A stretch of DNA of 64,000 nucleotides. Origin: Octopus vulgaris (taxonomy: Eukaryota). The notes under the pieces were generated by a model, which was given only the letters and a program-made list of their open reading frames with translations, was not told the origin of the DNA and did not search any database. Both the position numbers and the translations under genes were made by a program. The stretch lies in the NCBI GenBank assembly GCA_951406725.2, contig OX597840.1, forward strand, positions 7,874,001 to 7,938,000, read 5' to 3'. Position 1 is the first letter of the stretch, and each line of letters begins with the position of its first letter. This document shows positions 38,842 through 50,879 of the stretch, one piece after another.

Positions 38842-40330
38842 AGTAAATCCAAACTTACAGGGAAAATTAGATTTAGGATTAAATCTAATTTTACAGTATA
38901 AATATAAATTAAATTAGAGATAAAACCACTATTAGGCAAATCAGTGAAAACAAACTAAAACATAGAAATAAAATTAATTAATATAATATACAAAATATAT
39001 AAAATTTAAAGTTAAAGTTAAAAATTTAAAATTAATTTATATTTATAAATTTATATATATATATATATTTTTTTTTATTCTTTATTTTTAAAAAATTTTT
39101 ATATATATATATTTTTTATTAAATATATATAACTATCAAAAAGTATTAAAAAGTTTAATATAAGATAAAAAGTAAAACCACTACAATTGTTTCATGCCCA
39201 TAACCTAATTCGAATAACAATAATTTAAATTCAATTAATTCGAATTATGGTTATAGTCAATCTTCAGGTTAATGATAATAGTTAAATAAATAATTAAATA
39301 TATTTAAACAATATTTTTTTTAAGAAATAAATAAAATAATAATTTTTCTAATAAAAAACTCTATTATCAAACTAGAAACTTTAACGATTATGATTATGTC
39401 ATACAATCGATTATAATGTTAAATATTAATTTTTAAGGTAAGAATAGATAGAAAATGTATTTATCTATTCAGATATAATATGGCTTTAAAAAAACATAAT
39501 AAACTCACAAATAATCTAATCTCAGTTATAGTCAATATCTAATTACCTAATTATTTAACAAAAAAAATTTTTTTAAATAATCACTATTCATATTATTAAA
39601 TTTAATTTCAAATCAAATAATTATATAATATTTGAATAATAACTAAATTATCAATGAATATATATAAATGTATATAAATATAAGAATTAAGATCTAAAAT
39701 TATCTCTATCAATAAATATATATGCACGTATAATAAAAACCTAATAAATTAATTATTCATTATTACTTATGAAATATATTAAAAATTAAAAGATTAAAGA
39801 TGAAAAAGCAAATCGTAAACAAACAAATAAACTATCTAAAAAGAACGCTATAACTAATTAACGATCCATATATCTCGTCAGCTAATTAATAATTTACAAA
39901 AACCGTATAGTTAAGAACTATAATGAAATACATATCTTCAACAACTAAATACTTATACAATGAAATTATCAATCTGTAGTTATATAGTATCCAATAAATA
40001 CTACGAATATATTTATCAATGAAAAATACTACTACAAATTATCAATTGAAAATAGCAATATATAAGTTATAATTGAATGAAGTCAACCATTAGAGATATT
40101 TATGAATATACAAAATAGCTTAAAAAAACATAAACTCACAAATATCCTTAACTCAGCTATAGTCCCAAAATTTAATTACCAAAATAATTAACTAAAAAAT
40201 CATTATTCATATATTAGATTTAAGTACACATCTAACAATTATATTAATTAATTTTATTTCTATGTTTAGGTTTATGTTTTTCACTGTTTGATTTGCCTAA
40301 TAGTGGTTTTATCTCTAATTTAATTTATAT
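38842..40330. mobile_element. 1.45-kb extremely AT-rich fold-back element with an internal hammerhead-like motif
   Basis: ~90-bp inverted arms (38902-38988 and 40238-40330); minus-strand CUGAAGA...GAAACAAUUGUA at 39267-39182; internal diverged duplication at ~39480-39640 and ~40115-40250. Confidence 0.75.
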
Positions 40331-40700
40331 GGAGTGGCTGTGTGGTAAGTAGCTTGCTAACCAACCACATGGTTCCGGGTTCAGTCCCACAGCGTGGCAC
40401 CTTGGGCAAGTGTCTTCTGCTATAGCCCCGGGCCGACCAATGCCTTGTGAGTGGATTTGGTAGACGGAAACTGAAAGAAGCCTGTCGTATATATGTATGT
40501 GTGTGTCTGTGTTTGTCCCCCTAGCATTGCTTGACAACCGATGCTGGTGTGTTTACGTCCCCGTCACTTAGCAGTTCAGCAAAAGAGACTCTATAGAATA
40601 AGTACTGGGCTTACAAAGAATAAGTCCCGATGTTGATTTGCTCAACTGAAGGCGGATCTCCAGCATGGCCACAGTCAAAATGACTGAAAAAGAGAAAAGA
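40331..40700 (+). mobile_element. SINE family A
   Basis: Same family consensus. Confidence 0.9.
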
Positions 40701-40737
40701 GAGAGATATGAGTGTGTGTGTATATATATATATATAT

Positions 40738-40885
40738 AAACAAAAAGACAAGTGAGAAAACAACAAGCAAGTGTATTAGTTTGATGCTCAGCAAGTCTTC
40801 GATGTTTCGAGTCTACACTCTTCATCAGAAAGGATTGAGGAGAGAAAAAAAAAAGTGTTGGGATTAATGGTTTAACATGATGAAA
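40738..40885 (-). mobile_element. Penelope-like fragment with minimal hammerhead motif
   Basis: Minus strand CUUU-CUGAUGA-A-GAGU guag ACUC-GAAAC-AUC-GAAG (40832-40797); begins at a (TA)n tract; homologous to 44293-44560. Confidence 0.65.
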
Positions 40886-41394
40886 TTATATAGATATATG
40901 AGTGTGTATGTATATATGTGTGTATATGTATTACGCAATGTATAACACCCCGGTCAGTCCTAACCCAGCTGATCAATGCTAAGACAGAGGAGTGAAGCAT
41001 GAGGAAGATTTGGCTGTTGTTTTTAGCAGCTCAGGTAAAAATACCGATGTTTTTCTATCAGCTCCTGCGTAACAGTTTTTTTTATATATAATTTCATGAT
41101 AACCATTAGAAATGTCTTTGGTTTTTGTCTTTTTTTTTCCTTTTCTATTTTGGTTCTAATGTTGGGGTGGATGGGATATGGGACATATGATATAAAGCCT
41201 TGTGAGTGGATTTGGTAGACGGAAACTGAAAGAAGCCCGTCGTATATATGTATATACATGTGAGTTTGTATGTCTGTGTTTGTCACCCCCAACATCGCTT
41301 GACAGCCAATGCGGGTGTGTTTATGTCCCCATCACTTAGCGGTTCGGCAAAGAGACCGATAGAATAAGTACTGGGCTTACAAGTACTGTATATA

Positions 41395-41623
41395 CAGGGT
41401 TGGCCAAAAGTCACCTGGCAGTAAATCAAGAACATTTAATTCCAAGGTTTATGTGTAACAACCGAATGAATTTAATAAAAGCATCTAAATATGAAACATG
41501 ATGAAAATTGTTCAAACTGAAGTCCATTTTGAGCGACACATTTTTCCATTCGAGTCAATACAGAAATACAGATAGTGTTTATAGAATTTTGATTTACAGT
41601 CGGGTGTCTTTTGGCCAACCCTG
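41395..41623. mobile_element. Tc1/mariner MITE
   Basis: TA-CAGGGTTGGCCAAAAG.CACC.G.C.GTAAATCAA ... reverse complement at the right end, followed by TA. Confidence 0.9.
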
Positions 41624-41832
41624 TATATGATTTTTAGATTAACACTGGATCTCCTAACGGCAATGTAAGCTTCAAATAGTCAATGTATCCTTGGCCTGAA
41701 AAGTACCTTGCAGTCTACCCCTCGTTTGGATAATTTATTACTCCCGAGGTTCTGCTAGCTGTGAATCATAGCATGGATTTTATCAACTCTATTCCCTAAT
41801 TTTGGGATATATATATATATATATAATATATA

Positions 41833-42215
41833 GGCAGAGGAGTGGCTGTGTGGTAAGTAGGTTGTTTACCAACCACATGGTTCCGGGTTCAGTCCCACTG
41901 CGTGGAACCTTGGGCAAGTGTCTTCTACTATAGCCTTGGGCCGACCAAAGCCTTGTGAGTGGATTTGGTAGACGGAAACTGAAAGAAGCCCGTCGTATAT
42001 ATGTATGTGTGAGTTTATATGTCTGTGTTTGTCCTCCCAACATTGCTTGACAGCTGATGCTGGTGTGTTTATGTCCCCGTTACTTAGCGGTTCGGCAAAG
42101 AGACCGATAGATTAAGTACTTGGCTTACAAAGAATAAGTCCCGGGGTCGAGTTGCTTGATTAAAGGCGGTGCTCCAGCATGGCCACAGTCAAAATGACTG
42201 AAACAAGTAAAAGAG
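41833..42215 (+). mobile_element. SINE family A, full length
   Basis: Same family consensus. Confidence 0.9.
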
Positions 42216-42752
42216 TATATATATATACACACACACATACATACATACATACAAACCAGTGTGTTTATGGATATGTGCGCATTTGTATTGTGTGTAAATA
42301 TAAAAATATATTGTGTAGGGAGCATAAATTGTTTGCAGAAATACCTGCAAGATATTATTAGACTTCTTCAACTTTTAAGCATTTTCCCTTCCATCCTTTC
42401 ATGGTCGACGCATACAGACTATACACCAGGCCCCTCTCCTCACTTGCACCACTTCATAATTGGGTTCTGAGGATGGCCTAGTGGTTAGGGTTTTGCCCTT
42501 GTGATTGCAAGATTCCGGTTTTGATTCCTGTGGTATATCGTGTCCTTGAGCAAGACACTTTTTTTCATGTCTCTCTAGTGCACTCAGGGGTAAATGGGTG
42601 ACCCTGCGATGGACTGGAGTCCTGTTCTAGGAGAATATTGACCCCCTCACCTAGCCAGTGGGTGGAATCCTTTGTAAATAACAATGAGGAAGTGCATTGT
42701 GACCAGCAGTGTATAACAACTACTGATAGTCTGATCACTATAGCAATATATA

Positions 42753-43940
42753 TGTGGCTGTGTGGTAAGAAGCTTGCTTCCCAACCACATGGTCCTGGGT
42801 TCAGTCCCAGTGCATGACATCCTGGGCAAGAGTCTTCTATTATAGCCTTAGATCAACAAAAAGCCTTGTGAATGGATTTGGTAGTTGGAAACTGAAAGAA
42901 GCCCATCATATGATACATATTTATATATCTATCTGTGTGACTTTGTGCTTGGTCCCACTTGACAACCGGTGTTGGTGTGTTTCTGTTCCCCTAACTTAGC
43001 AGTTCAGCTAAAAGAGACTGATAGAATAAGTACTGGGTTTAAAAAAGTAAGCAGTGGGGGTCGATTCACTCTACTGAAAATTTTTCCAGCTGGTGCCCCA
43101 GAATGGCCACAGTCTAATGACTGAAACAAGTAAAAAAGGTAACACGGACAGTTTCACCTAGAGCCACACAGGTTTTTCAGGCAAGTTGTGACTGTAAAAT
43201 TGATAGGATTAGAACACACACACACATATATGTGTGTGTATGTATGTATATATATATGTATGTGTGTATGTATATATGTGTGTGTGTATGTATATATGTG
43301 TGTGTGTATGTATATGTGTGTGTGTATGTATGTATATGTGTGTGTGTATATATGTATGTGTGTGTGTATATATATATATATATAGGTGTATGTATATATA
43401 TATGTGTATGTATGCACACAGGCGTGGCTATGTGGTAAGAAGCTTGCTTCCCAACCACATGGTTCTGGGTTCAGTCCCACTGCATGGCACCTTAGGTGTC
43501 TTCTACTACAGCCTTAGGTTGGCCAAAACCTTGAGTGGATTTGGTAAATGGAAACTGAAGGAAGCCTGTCACATAAATATTTTTGTGTGTGTACTGACAA
43601 CCGGTGTTGGTGTGTTTATGTCTCCATGACTTAGCAGTCCAGCTAAAAGAGACCAATAGAATAAGTACCACACTTCATAAAAAGAAAAAGTCGATTCATT
43701 CGACTAAAAGGTTCTCCAAGGCATTGCTCCAGCATGGCTGTAGAAACAAGTAAAAGATTATATATATATATATATCTTACATATTTCAGTCATTAGACTG
43801 TGGCCATACTGGGGCACTACGTTGAATTTTTAATCAAATGAATCAATCTTGGTACTTAATTCTATTTGATCTCTTTTGCCAAACCACTAAGTTATAGGTA
43901 CATAAACATACCAATACCAGTTGTCAAGTGGTGGTGAAAG

Positions 43941-43945
<5 letters not shown>
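42753..43945. mobile_element. SINE family A cluster (42753-43135 +, 43420-43758 +, 43782-43945 -) with a TG/TA microsatellite between
   Basis: Family motifs are visible in each copy. Confidence 0.8.
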
Positions 43946-43974
<29 letters not shown>

Positions 43975-43978
<4 letters not shown>

Positions 43979-44235
43979 ATTAGAAAAAACCACCTTTTAT
44001 CAATTCAATAATGAAAAATTAAATTACACCATCTAGAAAATTACATATAATAGAAATATTAAAATCAAAATAAAATATTAATGATTAAGTAATGTGCAAA
44101 ATAATCTTTCTATTATATGTAATTTTCTAGATGGTGTAATTTAATTATTCATTTTGAATTGATAAAAGGTGGTTTTTTTCTAATTTATATATATATTATA
44201 TTTTGTGAATTTTTCCCTGTAAGTTTGGAATAACT
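43975..44235. mobile_element. AT-rich fold-back element, sibling of 7801-8130
   Basis: Same arms with a shorter centre. Its tail ttttccctgtaagtttgga is the reverse complement of tccaaacttacagggaaaa at 38848. Confidence 0.8.
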
Positions 44236-44241
44236 CTTATT

Positions 44242-44292
<51 letters not shown>

Positions 44293-44296
<4 letters not shown>

Positions 44297-44557
44297 GGAA
44301 AGTTTACGCAAAAAGACAAAGACAGGTGGTGTACAAAACAAACAGACGTATTAGTATAACGCTCAGGAATAGAAAAAGTCTTTTACGTTTCGAGCCTACG
44401 CTCTTCTACAGAAAGGGACACAGAAAAAACAAGGAGAGAAAAAAAAAGTGCGTGTAGTGGCTAACGATCTATCATGGTGTCTGACTCGGACAATATGGTC
44501 AGACGGGAGGAGGAAAGTAGGGGAGATAACAAGGTAAGATGACCCCCAACACGAAGG

Positions 44558-44560
<3 letters not shown>
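44293..44560 (-). mobile_element. Penelope-like fragment with minimal hammerhead motif, inserted in (TA)n
   Basis: Minus strand CUUU-CUGUAGA-A-GAGC guag GCUC-GAAAC-GUA-AAAG (44415-44380); (TA)n on both sides. Confidence 0.65.
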
Positions 44561-44589
<29 letters not shown>

Positions 44590-45784
44590 ACTAACGTTAG
44601 GCTTCTTTCAGTGTCTATCTCTCAAATCCACTCACAAGGTTTTGGTTGGCCCAAGGCTTTAGTAGAAGACACTTGCCTTGCCCAAAGTGCCATGCAGTGG
44701 GACTGAACCCAGAGCCATGTGGTTGGATATGCAGTTCCACATGTAGTCACGCAGGTTCTTCAGGTAAGTTGTATCTGTAAAACTGATGGGGTTAACACAT
44801 TTTATATAAATCCTTAAATCCTTAAAAATGCTTTAGCCCGAAGGCCGTGGTCATGCTGGGGTACCATTTTTTTTGTCATAGAGTGTGATAGTAAGAAAGA
44901 AATATAATAGGCTGGGGTGAACAAGAGGGAAGAAAAGAAAAGGGGAAAAGGAGTAATAGAAAGAAAATGAAAAAGAAAGGATTAAAGAATAAAGTGCAAC
45001 AGGTCAGCATCCCATCTAGAGAGGAATCTACATGCTTGAGAAAGTGGCCTCATGCCCCTTATGGAGGGGTGTGGATTAGAGATAAGGAAGTAAAGGAGGA
45101 TTCTATTCTCACCCTTTTCCTTTCTGTTTTCGTCCCGTTCCCACCCCTTTATCATACCCTCTTCCAAGCAACTAGGAAACTATATCATCTTTTAATATTT
45201 TACTTGTTTCAGTCATTAGATTGTGGCCATGCTGGGGCACCACATTTGAGTACTTATAATTGAATGAATTAACCCTGGCATTTATTATTATTTTGTAAAA
45301 ACCTGATACTTATTCTATCAGCTTCTTTTGCTGAACCACCAAGTTATGGGGATGTAAACACACCAACACTGGTTGTCAAGTAGTTGTGTGGGACACACAC
45401 ATATACACAAACAAGCTTCTTTCAGTTTCTGTCTACCAAATCCACTCAAGGTTTTGTGAAGTGTCTTTGCTCAAGAACACAATGCATAGCTGGTCTGGGA
45501 TTGAACTCACGATCTTGGGATCCCGAATGCAACACTCTAACCACTGGGCCATAAATCTATATAAATATTTTTTCACCGGCACTCTGTTGGTTCCGAAGAT
45601 GAGGGTTCCAGTTAGTCTGAATGACACACACACGCTTGTATATAATGGGTTCTCCCACCAGTTTTGATGTATAAGGGTCTAACAGCCAAAATTATAATTG
45701 CTAGTTTAGTTGCTGACTGCTCGATCATGCAACAAGTAGTACTGGTTTACTTGTTACCAGCAGCACTCAAGAGCGACCTGACAT

Positions 45785-45816
<32 letters not shown>

Positions 45817-46606
45817 ATGGTTTGTGAGTATAGAGTGGCGACTGGTACGATTGGACAGAAGCACCGGAAATAGCTGTGGTAATTATGCCTGAGTTATCTC
45901 CCTTACACCATTGTCTATTTAGACTTTTAGGCAAAAAGTTACTGGAGTTAATCATTATAATTCACAGAAACTCTTCGTTCTGGTGCCCCAGTATGACCGC
46001 TATCCTAACAGGGAATCCTAGGGAGAAGAATAAACAGTAATTCAATTATGTAAATATATCTTACACGACCGCTTTTGAAAGTTTGTATAACTTATTGATG
46101 CCAGTATATTTGGTGGCATAGAACAAGAGGTAAGTTTGTGATGGAAATAAACAGCACAACGGTTTCAATCCTGACTGATGCATGGCCTATGTAGTTCACT
46201 TTCTGTTCTTGATGGGGCTTTTGGCTTAGATGAGGGAGGGCCATGCCTCTGCCATTTCTTTGGGTCTCTGCAAATCATTGCAACTGAATGGACGATGCTA
46301 AACTACCCAAGGACCCGGTGCTGGTGTTAAACAAAGCAACAGATTACATCTGCCATCCTCACCTATGCACACATAATGTTTAGTCAGAGGAGGAAATGTT
46401 TAGTCAGAGGACCTCAAATAATTGTGGGAGGAAACAGGAATAATCTTCAGAAATACGACCCCAAATATTTATAAGAGAAGGGACTGCACTTAATCCTTCC
46501 ACAGGAACAAGTGATCGTGTGGAACGGAAATGGAGGATTATTAGGAAAGGAATGAGCAACAGAGCTACTCATTAAATATTTCCTGGATGAACAAAAATAA
46601 AGATGT

Positions 46607-47048
46607 TGAGCTGGCAGAAACGTTAGCACGCCGAACGAAATGCTTAGCGGTATTTCGTCTGCCATTACGTTCTGAGTTCAAATTCCGCCGAGGTCGACTT
46701 TACCTTTCATCCTTTCAGGGTCGGTTAAATAAGTACCAGTTACGCACTGGGGTCGATATAATCGACTTAATCCGTTTGTCTGTCCTTGTTTGTCCCCTCT
46801 GTGTTTAGCCCACATTGGGCTAAACACAGAGACGACAAATAAGGACTGGGCTAAACACAGAGGGGACAGACAAACGGATTAAGTCGATTACATCGACCCC
46901 AGTGCGTAACTGGTACTTAATTTATCGACCCCGAAAGGATGAAAGGCAAAGTCGACCTCAGCGGAATTTGAACCCAGAGCGTAGCAGCAGACAAAATACC
47001 ACAAAGCATTTCGCCCGACGTGCTAACGATTCTGCCAGCTCGCCGCCT
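46607..47048. mobile_element. Tail-to-tail inverted pair of SINE family B
   Basis: + copy at 46607-46811 and - copy at ~46847-47048, with a short re-inverted junction. Confidence 0.9.
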
Positions 47049-47464
47049 TAATATTCATAATTCTTTCTTTTATAGGCAGAAGGCCTGAAATTTTGGTGGG
47101 AGGGGGTTAATCAATTACATTGACCCTTAAAGGGTAAAGGCAAAGTTGACCCTGGCTGAATTTGAAGATGGACAAAATACTGCTAAACATTATGACCAGC
47201 ATGCTAATGATTCTGCCAGCTTGCTGTCACAATTATAATAATAATAATAATCCTTTCTGCTATAGATACAAGGCCTGAAATTTGCAGGGATAGGGTAAGT
47301 CGGTCACATCGATTCCAGGGTTCAACAGGTACTTATTTCATCGACCCTAAAATGGTGAAAGGCGAAGTCAACTTCAGCAGAATTTGAACTCAGAACATAA
47401 AGATATGCAAAATACCACCAAGTATTTTGCCTACTCACTGCTTTAATAATAATAATAATAATTA

Positions 47465-47775
47465 TCATCATCATCATCTCCGTTTAGCGTCCGCTTTCCA
47501 TGCTAGCATGGGTTGGATGGTTCAACTGGGGTCTGGGAAGCCAGAAGGCTGCACCAGGCTCCAATCTTGATCTGGCAATGTTTCTACAGCTAGATGCCCT
47601 TCCTAACGCCAACCACTCCATAAGTGTAGTGGGTGCTTTTTACGTGCCAGACGAGACTGGCAAACAGCCACGATTGGATGGTGCTTTTTACGTGCTTTTT
47701 ACGTGCCACTTTTTACGTGCTTTTTACGTGCCACGTTCAGATGGTTCTCTTACGCACAACCGGCACTAGTATCAC
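47465..47775 (-). mobile_element. SINE family C
   Basis: Reverse complement of the family C tail, with (ttttacgtgc) tandem units. Confidence 0.85.
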
Positions 47776-48069
47776 AGCTGCAATTTCCATTGATGTTGAT
47801 TGATTTCGGTTTTCACTTGCCTCAATCCATTCCACTACAGGCACTTCATTATATCAACACTGAGCATTTTGTTCAGCACACTAATGATTCTGCTTTAATA
47901 ATAAGAATTCTTTCTAAATTTTGGTAGGAAGCTAGCTGTTCTGAGGGGAAGAGCAAGTCAGTTGCATCAGCTCCAGGACTGGACTTATACTTTGTTTTAT
48001 CAACCCTCGAAAAAAATGAAAAGAAAAGCTGACAACAGTGGTATTTGATCACGTAAATGCAAAGACGGT

Positions 48070-48410
48070 CAAAGAGTCCAGAAGCTGGCTACCCGCATGG
48101 ATCTTGGTCTCAACCATTTGTCTCATGAAGAAAGGCTGAAGACGCTCGGCCTTTATGCTCTAGAAAAACGCCGTCGCCGTGGTGATCTCATTCTCGCTCA
48201 CAACATCATAAGCAGAAAGTGTAACCTATCGAAAGAGCTGTTCTTCACTCCTGCTCCAGAGTGTCGGCTGTGGGGTCACTCCGAAAAGCTCCATCTGCGA
48301 CGATTTCATCTCAATCGAAGGAGAGGGTCTTTCTCCATCCGGGTTGCGGATCCGTGGAATAAGCTGCCGGACGAGATAGTGAAGATGCCGACGACTGCTC
48401 TGTTCAAGTC
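48070..48410 (+). mobile_element. CR1-clade LINE ORF2 C-terminal fragment
   Basis: RVQKLATRM..GLNHLSHEERLKTLGLYALEKRRRRGDLI...GHSEKL...FSIRVADPWNKLPDEIV matches the CR1 YEERL..LGL.SLE.RR.RGDLI and FS.RV...WN.LP motifs. Confidence 0.9.
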
Positions 48411-48530
48411 AATCTCAGTGGAATTTGAACTCAAAACAAAGAGACAGATGGAATGCTGATAAGAATTTCGTCCCGTGTGCTAATGATTCTGCCAGCTCAC
48501 TACCTTTAATAATAGTAATAATCATAATAG

Positions 48531-48835
48531 GAGGCGCAATGGCCCAGTGGTTAGGGCAGCAGACTCGCGGTCAGAGGATCGCTGTTTCAATTCCCAGACC
48601 AGGTGTTGTGTGTGTTTATTGAGCGAAAACACTTAAAGTTCCACGAGGCTCTGACAGGGGGTGGTGGTGACCCTTGTTGTACTCTTTCGCCCCAACTTTT
48701 TCTCACTCTTTATTCCTGTTTCTTGAGTAACGCTGCGATGGACTGGCATTCTATGCAGCTGGGAGGAACACATATGCCACAGAAACCGGGAAACCGGGCC
48801 CATGAGCCTGGCTAGGCTTGAAAAGGGCGCATAAA
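48531..48835 (+). mobile_element. SINE family D-related copy
   Basis: tggcccagtggttagggcagc A box; body similar to 11552-11863. Confidence 0.8.
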
Positions 48836-48868
48836 TAAACGAAAAATATAATAATAATCTGTTCTACT

Positions 48869-49249
48869 CTAGGCACAAGGCCCGAAATTTTGGGGGAGAG
48901 GGCCAGTTGATTAGATAGACCCCAGTACGCAACTGGTTCTTAATTTATTGACCCCGAAAGGATGAAAGGCAAAGTCGACCTTGGCAGAATTTGAACTCAG
49001 AACATAACGGCAGACGAAATACCTATTTCTTTACTACCCACAAGGGGCTAAACATAGAGAGGACAAACAAGGACAGACAAAGGTATTAAGTCGATTATAT
49101 CGACCCCAGTGCGTAACTGGTACTTAATTTATCGACCCTGAAAGGATGAAAAGCAAAGTCGACCTCAGCGGAATTTGAACTCAGAACGTAACGGCAGACG
49201 AAATACGGCTACGCATTTTGCCCGGCGTGCTAACGTTTCTGCCAGCTCA
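48869..49249 (-). mobile_element. Tandem SINE family B copies
   Basis: Two reverse-strand copies; similar in arrangement to the + dimer at 56759-57172. Confidence 0.88.
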
Positions 49250-49959
49250 CCAAATAATAATAATAGTACCAGTTCATAGTGAGAGCTACCCAACAGAGCA
49301 TAACGCTTGTACTAAAATGAGGTATAAAGCTACACCTTTTGACAGGGAAGGGTGTAATTGCTTTAAGATCAAACTCCAGTAATTGAATGCCTGAGTGGGT
49401 TAGATAAAAATATATGCTAAGGAAAGATACGGAGAAGAGTAAGTGAATGACAATAAAGAATTAAGGGGAAGAAGGCGAGAAAAAATCATTTTTATAAATG
49501 GTAAGGAAAGATATGGAGAGAAGTATGTAAATGACAAAAGGGATTTAAAGGGAAGATATATCATTGGTTTAATATATATATCCGTGTGTGTGTGTGTCTG
49601 TGTATATATATTATGCATTTATATGTATGTCTATATATACATATGTATAAATATATATATGTATGTATGCCTATATATATATATATGTGCATATGTGTAT
49701 GTATATATATATATATGTATGTATGTATATCTATGTATGTGTGTACATATATATATCACCGTGATCACCGTGACAGACCAGGCTATCAGATGCTGTTACA
49801 CATCGCTGGTCACAATGCCCTTCGCACTGTTTTAGCTTTCAAATGATGCCACCCCGCTGGCTAAGCAAGCAGGCCATATATATATATATATATATATACA
49901 CACATGTGTGTGTGTGTGTATATACATACATATATATATATGTATGTATGTACATACAG

Positions 49960-49995
<36 letters not shown>

Positions 49996-50879
49996 ATATA
50001 TACTCTAGTATTAATTGCTCATCATTCATTCATCTAACTTGTAATACTAACATGCTGTAATCTGATCTAAAGTAACTTTCAAAATTTCTATTTCTTTAAT
50101 TCTTTCCAACATTCTCTCCCTGTTTCATAACCCATCTTTCCATACTTTGCCATGATTTTCCCAGTGATCAACAACTTTCCCTCTGTCTCTAAAATTTGCA
50201 AAACCCATCATTTGCCCACTGTAATCTCTACAACATTCTCTCCTTGTTTCATAACTCTTGTCTTCTCATACTTGCCATAATTTCCTCCAGTGACAAAATC
50301 TCACAAGTTTCTCGTCCTTCCTCTCTCTCTCTCTCTGCCCCACTAGTGTCTTTCTATCTTGGCTGCTATTTCCTGAGGCAAAGCTGGCCTTCTTACTGAT
50401 CTCTGACGTGCCCACCCATTCCCATCACCATCACATATACTGGAAATCTCTCCTCTTATACCAGAAACCCCTACAAGGCTCTGCCTTACATCTGTACCAA
50501 AAGACACACATAGCTACCTCTTTCTGCCACCACCAGCAATCATCCACACCACTGCATGTTCCAAAACGAATGCATTACTTAGTAAATTAACGAACCACCT
50601 CCTCCTTTCTCACTATATTTAACGAACTAACCAATAGCAGCTCATTTACTTAATTAACACATTGAATCATTTATGTTTACAGCAATAGCACTTATATTTA
50701 CAATGCTTATATTACACTCACTCCCAATAGGGGCAACAAATTTAACATGATTGAATGATGGCAGGTTAAAGCGGAAAATGATGTGACATGTCTGTTATCA
50801 AACGTTCATTGAAATCTTCTTTTCAGGTGTAGATTACCATCCCTCATTCCCATGTTCTCTTCCACATCCCTTTCCCAGT

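Noticed and set aside
38990-40240. Possible NUMT, given the extreme AT content
   Set aside because: No mitochondrial gene, rRNA or tRNA is recognisable; the inverted arms and hammerhead motif fit a repeat element better. A BLAST against the mitogenome would settle it.
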